From Candidatus Aminicenantes bacterium (GTDB lineage: Bacteria > Acidobacteriota > Aminicenantia > Aminicenantales > UBA4085): a DNA stretch of 64,000 bases. This document shows, one piece after another, positions 58,365-64,000 of the stretch. The stretch is from NCBI GenBank assembly GCA_963783665.1, contig CAWANZ010000007.1, positions 156,793-220,792 on the forward strand, in the 5' to 3' direction. Made by a program: the position numbers and the translations under genes. Within the stretch, counting starts at the first letter, position 1; every line of letters begins with the position of its first letter. The notes under the pieces were generated by a model that saw only the letters and a list, made by a program, of their open reading frames with translations, made no database searches and had not been told where the DNA came from.

Positions 58365-59485
58365 GAATCGCCTTGATCGGTCAGAAGGGCATCCCGGCGA
58401 CGTTCGGGGGAGTGGAAAAGCATGTCGACGAGCTCAGCCGCGGCCTGGCCTCGGCCGGGCATGACGTCCGGGTGTATGTTCGGGACTGGTATACGCCGAA
58501 GAACCTCAAGGTCGTCGACGGCGTCCGCCTCCTGCATGTCCCGACGATCCATTCCAAGCATCTCGACGCCGCCGTCCACAGCTTCCTCTGCACCCTTCAC
58601 GCCGTCGTTTCAGGCGCCGATATCATCCATTTTCACGCCATCGGGCCGTCGATTTTTTCGATCCTCTCCCGGCTGTTCGGCCGGAAGACGGTCGCGACAA
58701 TCCATCGTCTGGACTGGGCCACGGACAAGTGGAAAACGCCGGCGAAACTGGCCCTCAAAGCGGGGGAATGGATCTCCGTCCGGTTCCCCCAGCGTACGAT
58801 TGTTGTTTCCGAGGAACTCCGCCACTATATCCATAATAAATATGGCCGGGAGGCGATTCATATCTCCCACGGCATCCGATTGCCGGCGCCGGTTCCGGCC
58901 GAGATCCTCCGGACGAAATTCGGCCTTAAAGAGAAAGGATACATTTTGTTTATGAGCCGGCTTGTCCCGGAAAAACGGGCCGACTGGATGGTCCGGGCCT
59001 TCCGGGAGCAGAAGAAGAAAGGTTTCCTTCCCGGCGAAATCAAGCTCGTGATCGCCGGGGGCGAAGGGGGCAGTCCCGCCTATGTCCAGCGGCTGAAGGA
59101 TATCGCCGAAGGAGCCCCGGACGTCGTGTTCACCGGGTATGCGACCGGACGGCTCAAGGAGGAGCTCCTCAGCCAGGCCATGCTCTTCGTCCTTCCGTCC
59201 GACCTGGAAGGCTTTCCCATCGTCCTCATGGAGGCCATGAGCTACGGCCTTGCCTGCCTCTGCAGCGACATCGTGCCGCATCGGGAGGCGGTCCGCAACG
59301 GCGTGGACGGCCAACTGTTCCGGACGGCCGACTTTTCCGATTTTGGCGCGAAGCTCCGGGAGCTCGTCGAACGGCCGGAGCGGCGGAAGGCCCTCGGCGA
59401 CGAAGCCCTGGCCCGGATGAGGAAGCGGCCGAGCTGGATGGATGTCGTCCGCCAGACCGAAGCCGTCTACCGCACGATCCGCTGA
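58361..59485 (+). CDS. glycosyltransferase family 4
   Basis: GTG 58361 overlaps the radical SAM stop. The protein has IALIGQKGIPATFGGVEKHVDEL..SRLVPEKR..LPSDLEGFPIVLMEAMSYG. The track ORF opens at 58256. Confidence 0.85.
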   Translation: MRIALIGQKGIPATFGGVEKHVDELSRGLASAGHDVRVYVRDWYTPKNLKVVDGVRLLHVPTIHSKHLDAAVHSFLCTLHAVVSGADIIHFHAIGPSIFSILSRLFGRKTVATIHRLDWATDKWKTPAKLALKAGEWISVRFPQRTIVVSEELRHYIHNKYGREAIHISHGIRLPAPVPAEILRTKFGLKEKGYILFMSRLVPEKRADWMVRAFREQKKKGFLPGEIKLVIAGGEGGSPAYVQRLKDIAEGAPDVVFTGYATGRLKEELLSQAMLFVLPSDLEGFPIVLMEAMSYGLACLCSDIVPHREAVRNGVDGQLFRTADFSDFGAKLRELVERPERRKALGDEALARMRKRPSWMDVVRQTEAVYRTIR

Positions 59486-59536
59486 CCCGTGATACAATCT
59501 CTCCCAGCCCGAAGCGAACCCGTAAAGGAGACCGCG

Positions 59537-61105
59537 ATGAACCGACGGATGAAAACCGCGGGCCTTGCCCTCGGCCTGCTTCTTGCCCTGACCGCCTTGG
59601 CCGCCGAGATCGACACCCATCCGTTCGACAACTGCACCAGCCTGCTCGTCGGCCGGCTCGCTTCGGCCGACGGTTCAACCATGACCAGCCATTCCTGCGA
59701 CAGCGGAACGGACCGGACCTGGATGACGATGGAGCCGGGCCGGACTTTTGCCGCCGGGTCGACGGCCAAAGTTTATCTGGAGCCGAAGCGGTCGAAAAAG
59801 CCCGACGATCCCGAACGTCTGGACGCGGGCGAAATCCCCCAGGTCGCCCAGACGTACGGTTTCCTGAACGCCGCATACCCGATCATGAACGAAGTCCAGC
59901 TGGCGATCGGGGAGACGACAATCGGAGGACGGCGGGAGCTTGTGAGCGACGCGGGAATCCTGGACGCCCCCGAGCTCTATCGCCTCTGTCTCGAGCGGGC
60001 CAAGACCGCCCGGGAGGCGATCCGGGTCCTGGACGAGCTGACGAAGGCTTACGGCTATAACGACTGGGGCGAATGCTTCACGTTCGCCGATCCGAAGGAA
60101 GTCTGGTTCCTGGAGATCTACGGTCCGGGGAAGGGGAAGAAAGGCGCGGTCTGGGCCGCCGTCCGAATCCCCGACGACGAGATCGGCGTCTCGGCCAATG
60201 CCGGGCGCATCCGCAAGCTCGACCTCAAGAACAAGGACTTCGTCGCGGCCTCGGCCAACGTTACCGCCGTTGCCGCAGAATACGGCTGGTGGAATCCGAA
60301 AAGCGGCGAGGCCTTCGATTTCACTTATGCCTACAATCCCGGGAGCCGGGCCAGCCTCGGCTGCCGGCGGAGGGAATGGCGGGCCCTGAGCCTTCTCGCT
60401 CCGTCTCTCAAGCTCGATCCCAACTCGGAAAACTACCCCTTTTCGGTCAAGCCCGAAAAGAAAGTCACGGTGCCCGACTTGCTGGCGATCTTCCGCGACG
60501 CCTATGACGGAACTGCCTTCGATATGACCCGGACCGTCACGACCGTCGACCGCGAAGGCAAGACAATCACCAGCCCCGTGGCCGGGCCGTATCTCAACGC
60601 CGATCTCATAGGCCTCCTGAAAATCGTCCGGGAACGGACGATTTCCTCTCCAGCCGCCACATACGTCCAGATCACTCAATCCCGGAGCTGGTTGCCTGAC
60701 CCGATCGGCGGCGTGGTTTGGCTGGGGTACGATAATCCGGCGACGACCCCCCATACGCCGTTCTACTGCGGGATCACGCGGATGCCCGATTCCTATATGG
60801 TCGACGGCCGCTGGGGTTACAAGGACGAGAGCGCCTGGTGGACATTCCGGAAGATTTCGAAGCTGGCCAACCTCCGCTGGCAGGACATGAGCAAAGAAAT
60901 CGCCAAGGTCTGGAAGCCGATGGAGGAAAGGCTCTTCGCCGATCAGGCTAAAATTGAAGAAGAAGCCCTGGCCCTTTTCAAAAAAGATCCGGCCGAAGCC
61001 CGGGCGTTCCTGACGGCCTACTCGGTGAAAGCGGCCGAAGACGCCGTCGCCGCTTATCGGCAGCTCGAGCGCGACCTCTGGACGAAATTCAACTACCGGT
61101 TTTAA
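59537..61105 (+). CDS. C69 family peptidase (dipeptidase-like), secreted
   Basis: AAGGAG precedes ATG 59537 and a signal peptide, MNRRMKTAGLALGLLLALTALAA. The DNCTSLLVG motif places a Cys nucleophile at the mature N-terminus, as in Ntn-type C69 peptidases. Confidence 0.75.
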   Translation: MNRRMKTAGLALGLLLALTALAAEIDTHPFDNCTSLLVGRLASADGSTMTSHSCDSGTDRTWMTMEPGRTFAAGSTAKVYLEPKRSKKPDDPERLDAGEIPQVAQTYGFLNAAYPIMNEVQLAIGETTIGGRRELVSDAGILDAPELYRLCLERAKTAREAIRVLDELTKAYGYNDWGECFTFADPKEVWFLEIYGPGKGKKGAVWAAVRIPDDEIGVSANAGRIRKLDLKNKDFVAASANVTAVAAEYGWWNPKSGEAFDFTYAYNPGSRASLGCRRREWRALSLLAPSLKLDPNSENYPFSVKPEKKVTVPDLLAIFRDAYDGTAFDMTRTVTTVDREGKTITSPVAGPYLNADLIGLLKIVRERTISSPAATYVQITQSRSWLPDPIGGVVWLGYDNPATTPHTPFYCGITRMPDSYMVDGRWGYKDESAWWTFRKISKLANLRWQDMSKEIAKVWKPMEERLFADQAKIEEEALALFKKDPAEARAFLTAYSVKAAEDAVAAYRQLERDLWTKFNYRF

Positions 61106-61147
61106 CCTGGATTATTCATAAAAATTCTTAAAATTCTTATTTTTGTT

Positions 61148-62140
61148 TTAATTCATAAAGATACGAAATTTGAGTTTTTCCTGCATAATCCAGGTTAAGT
61201 TCTGGGGCGGAGTCTTCTTGAACCAGTTCTCGGTCATCCCGAACTTGGTCCGGAGGGCGATTCCCCAGGCCAATAGGCTGAGGAAGAAGGAGAACAGCGC
61301 CCCGAACACCGGGATAAATCCGATAAAGGACACCACGGCCAAGCCCAGGAAGGCGCCCGCCATCGGGGAAATCGACGTCTTGTTGAAGACCTTGGCCGCC
61401 ATCTGCCCGGCCACGAAATAGACGACCACCCGGCCGAAGACCTTGATGACGATCGCCGCGAAGGCCAGGGCGATGAGAATCGGGATCCCGATCAGGATGA
61501 TGCTGAGGAACGCGGCGAAAACCATCAGGAACGTATATGCGGCGGCCGAAACCAGGCCGGTCAGAAGGACGGGGCCGACTGTGCGGGGGAGCTCGGCTGA
61601 GGCCAGGGTGAGGTTTTTCGGGAAGAAGCCGGCTATGACCACGATCAGGATCGCCCACATGAAGAGAGAGACGATTTTCAGGATCATGATGAAGGGCATG
61701 AGGCCGGCCCCGAAGAACCCGCCGATTCCGCCCTTGAGAAACCGGGCGCGCAGGTCCTCGGATTTGAAATAGACGGTGTCGCCCTTGACTTGGCTGCCTT
61801 CCTCGCGGATCAGGGTCCCGCCGAGGATCATGAGGTCCTTGTGAATCACGGCCGTCGGTTTGAGGACGACCCGAGCGGCGATCCCGACGAAGGAATCCCC
61901 GACTTCGCCGCTGATCGTGACTTCGCTGCCGACGACCAGGACATCTTTGCGGATTTTTCCCTCGAGGTTCACCGTCCCTCCCCAGGCGATCAGCTGCTCC
62001 TGCTCGCTCCCGGCGGCGATGATGATGTCTTTCTTATAGCCGACCTTCGTTTCCCCTTGGGCGGCGAGGAGGGTTCCCAGCCCCGCCGCAAGTAGGATGA
62101 ATAAGGCGGCCGCAATCCCGGTCGCTTTTTTATTTGTCAT
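61148..62140 (-). CDS. membrane protein with extracytoplasmic bactofilin-like repeat region
   Basis: An N-terminal anchor is followed by repetitive V/I-x-G segments (VVGSEVTISGEVGDSFVGIAARVVL..ILGGTLIREEGSQVKGD). About 5 TM segments follow. It is the last gene of the ECF sigma operon. Its last ~20 codons lie in an AT-rich spacer. Confidence 0.5.
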   Translation of the reverse strand: MTNKKATGIAAALFILLAAGLGTLLAAQGETKVGYKKDIIIAAGSEQEQLIAWGGTVNLEGKIRKDVLVVGSEVTISGEVGDSFVGIAARVVLKPTAVIHKDLMILGGTLIREEGSQVKGDTVYFKSEDLRARFLKGGIGGFFGAGLMPFIMILKIVSLFMWAILIVVIAGFFPKNLTLASAELPRTVGPVLLTGLVSAAAYTFLMVFAAFLSIILIGIPILIALAFAAIVIKVFGRVVVYFVAGQMAAKVFNKTSISPMAGAFLGLAVVSFIGFIPVFGALFSFFLSLLAWGIALRTKFGMTENWFKKTPPQNLTWIMQEKLKFRIFMN

Positions 62141-62720
62141 GGGTTCTCTCCGATAAGATCTGCCGGCGGCGGAGGAGCATGCCTCCGGTGATCACGATGA
62201 CGAGCGAGCCCCCGGCCAGGACCGCCTGGCCCTCCGGACCGATCATGTCGGCGACCGAGCGCAGGGTGGCCAAAACCTGGCCGGATATGGTTTCGATGAT
62301 TTTCCCGGCGAGCGTGAGGAGCTTCAATCCCTTGGCCGCGAAATTGAGCGCGCCCTGGAGATAAGAGCCGAAGGCCGTTCCGATTTTTTGAAGGGTAACG
62401 AGAACGCTTTGACCCGAGAGGATGACGCCTAACCCTAATCCCGAGACGAGCGTCGCCGCGGCGGCCGTAGCCCAAACCAGCCGGAGCCGGAGCTTTCTTG
62501 CCGGGGCGGCCGGAAGCTTGGCCATGACGCAGGCGGCGAAATCGTCCGGAATGGAAAACGAGGGAAGGCTTTCCGCCGCTTCGGCCAGGCGCTTGCGGGC
62601 GTCCAGGGCATAGCGGCAGGCCGGGCATTCTTCGAGATGGCGTTCGACGGCGGCCGATTCCTCGGCCGGAAGCGCGCCGTCCAGGTAATCGTAAACGCGA
62701 TGAACGGTCAGACAGGGCAT
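62130..62720 (-). CDS. anti-sigma factor (zf-HC2 type)
   Basis: The N-terminus has HRVYDYLDGAL..ERHLEECPACR (HxxxCxxC zinc motif), followed by one TM segment. It overlaps the sigma gene stop. Confidence 0.8.
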   Translation of the reverse strand: MPCLTVHRVYDYLDGALPAEESAAVERHLEECPACRYALDARKRLAEAAESLPSFSIPDDFAACVMAKLPAAPARKLRLRLVWATAAAATLVSGLGLGVILSGQSVLVTLQKIGTAFGSYLQGALNFAAKGLKLLTLAGKIIETISGQVLATLRSVADMIGPEGQAVLAGGSLVIVITGGMLLRRRQILSERTHDK

Positions 62721-63304
62721 GACGACTCCTCGAGTAAAGCCCGCATAATTTCCTTGGCCTGAAAGACCCGGTTCTTTACCGTCCCGACCGGGATTTTCTT
62801 GATATCGGCCATTTCTTCATAGCTCATTCCGTTCACATGTCTCCAGACAAACAGCTCCTTCAGGTGGGCCGGCAGCCGGTCCATGGCCGCTTCCAGCCTC
62901 GCTTGGAGCTCCTTCCTCTCCAGCTCGCGGACGACGGATGCCGATTCGTCGGCGACCTGAAGATAACACCCATCCTCGCCCTCATCGACCGGCTGGTCCA
63001 GCGAGACGGCGACGATTTTCTTCTTCCTCCAATGATCGATGAGATAATTGGAGGCGATCCGGAACAGCCAGGTCGAGAACTTGTATTCGGGCCGGTAGGT
63101 GGAGAGCGAGGCGTAAGCCCGGAGAAAAACTTCCTGGCTGACATCCAAGGCCATTTCTCGCTCCCGGACCATCCGGCTCACGTAATTGAGCATCGGCTGC
63201 TGGTACTTCCGGATGATCGCCTCGAACGCTCCCCGGTCGCCGCGAAGAGCTTTGCGGACGAGTTTGGGGTCGTCGAGCCCGGAGGCCTTTTTATCCTCAA
63301 TCAT
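62708..63304 (-). CDS. ECF-type RNA polymerase sigma-70 factor
   Basis: The region 2 block is YQQPMLNYVSRMVREREMALDVSQEVFLRAY..FSTWLFRIASN. The region 4 block is ELFVWRHVNGMSYEEMADIKKIPVGTVKNRVFQAKE. Confidence 0.9.
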   Translation of the reverse strand: MIEDKKASGLDDPKLVRKALRGDRGAFEAIIRKYQQPMLNYVSRMVREREMALDVSQEVFLRAYASLSTYRPEYKFSTWLFRIASNYLIDHWRKKKIVAVSLDQPVDEGEDGCYLQVADESASVVRELERKELQARLEAAMDRLPAHLKELFVWRHVNGMSYEEMADIKKIPVGTVKNRVFQAKEIMRALLEESSCPV

Positions 63305-63329
63305 TTATACGGGCTCCGGGGGGAAAGGT

Positions 63330-64000
63330 TCAGCGCTTCCGGGGGGCGGTGTCATCGATGACCTCGCAGCCCTCCGGGACCTTGAGAGAGAATAAGCCGG
63401 GCCCCAGGCGGGGGTTTGTTTTCAGTCGGGAAAAGACGAATTCGTTCCTGTTATCGGCCCAGTCGAAGATGATGACCCGGCGGAGCAGGCGCGTCCGGGC
63501 GTCGATTTCGACCAGGATGTAGCTGGTTTCGCCCTCCTCGATAGGGGTCAGCTTCAGCTGATGGACGGGGCCTTCCGCGCCGGGGAAGGGGCTGTTTTCA
63601 ACCCGGTAAGTCTCGGCCAGACGTCCTTGGCCGGTCACCAGGCCGAAAATCGCGTTGTTGGCTTCGCTGGCGGGAAGAAGCTGACGGAGAAGCTGGTTTT
63701 CTTCCGGATCGTAGGTTTCCAGGATCCCATCGCTCAGGACGACCACCTGTCCGCTCCCCCCCGATATTCCCAGCGCATCTTGCCTGGTTTTTGATAATAC
63801 AGCCGGCCTTTTTCCCGGAGGGGAGTCGAAACGGTGGCGGAATGGAAGGACTGTTCGAAATCGGCCTGGAGGGAATCGAGGGCGGCCAGGGTCTGTTCCG
63901 TCCGGACGAGAATCTCCCGGTCGGCGTCCTGGGCGGGCGTCGGGACGGCGGCGGCCAGGATGAGCAGAAAACCGGCCCAAACGACCCGCCGGAGGCCTCG
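63330..64000 (-). CDS. LolA-like outer-membrane lipoprotein carrier/sorting protein, 5' end beyond the window; frame break in a C7 run (63756-63762)
   Basis: Upstream of the run, the correct frame reads ..VVWAGFLLILAAAVPTPAQDADREILVRTEQTLAALDSLQADFEQ..GRLYYQKPGKMRWEYRGG. Downstream it reads SGQVVVLSDGILETYDPEENQL.. to the stop at 63330. This is the LolA-family pattern. Confidence 0.7.
   Translation of the reverse strand, partial: RPPAGRLGRFSAHPGRRRPDARPGRRPGDSRPDGTDPGRPRFPPGRFRTVLPFRHRFDSPPGKRPAVLSKTRQDALGISGGSGQVVVLSDGILETYDPEENQLLRQLLPASEANNAIFGLVTGQGRLAETYRVENSPFPGAEGPVHQLKLTPIEEGETSYILVEIDARTRLLRRVIIFDWADNRNEFVFSRLKTNPRLGPGLFSLKVPEGCEVIDDTAPRKR

Noticed and set aside
50163-60754. A series of long antisense ORFs (50163..51206, 52167..53087, 55248..56159, 56264..57391, 58610..59620 and 59675..60754, all minus strand).
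   Set aside because: Each lies opposite a gene with clear family motifs (TPR, S2, pyruvyl transferase, GT4, GT4, C69). All have low-complexity Arg/Gly/Pro-rich translations, so I read them as shadow ORFs.

Overview
This is a densely coding, high-GC bacterial chromosomal segment (GC judged by eye above 60 percent outside one island). I found no rRNA, tRNA, CRISPR array, transposase or integrase.

Left to right, the window contains:
- An asparagine-synthase-family enzyme that lacks the glutaminase cysteine (231-2147).
- A 0.75-kb scar of gene fragments (2184-2923). It holds a 96-bp piece of ecsC copied from the intact ecsC 0.9 kb away, and a gutted histidine-kinase remnant.
- A low-GC island of about 2 kb carrying a broken alpha/beta-hydrolase (about 4.9-7.0 kb).
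- Envelope and regulatory genes: three MacB/FtsX-type permeases with no ATPase partner (one behind a PadR regulator), two LytS-type kinase/LytTR regulator pairs, two tandem DUF5916/CBM9-like proteins, a GH38 alpha-mannosidase lipoprotein, an OmpA/VWA pair, a CrtI-like oxidoreductase and the ABC-F ATPase Uup.
- Two secreted proteins of about 1140 aa (16964-20335 plus strand, 39616-43044 minus strand). They share a C-terminal module of about 500 aa behind unrelated N-terminal halves. One N-terminal half is four tandem copies of a roughly 145-aa domain I cannot name.
- A housekeeping block: tmRNA, cell-wall amidase, GerMN protein, der, a TPR protein and rplM-rpsI-rpsB-tsf-pyrH-frr.
- A polysaccharide locus directly after frr (pyruvyl transferase, two GT4 enzymes, a radical SAM enzyme), followed by a secreted C69 peptidase.
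- An ECF sigma/anti-sigma operon and a LolA-like gene that runs off the right edge.

Main caveat: I traced about 19 frame breaks and one in-frame stop across 11 genes. They include der and pyrH, which are generally essential. Many sit in homopolymer runs and are repaired by a 1-nt change. I read most of them as sequencing or assembly indels, not real pseudogenes.

I see no recognisable defence, toxin or mobile system. The most novel-looking content is the pair of modular giant surface proteins and the unnamed 4x repeat domain. Gene content (VWFA-related acidobacterial-type domain, PadR-plus-orphan-permease modules, DUF5916) suggests an Acidobacteriota-like lineage. That is inference only.
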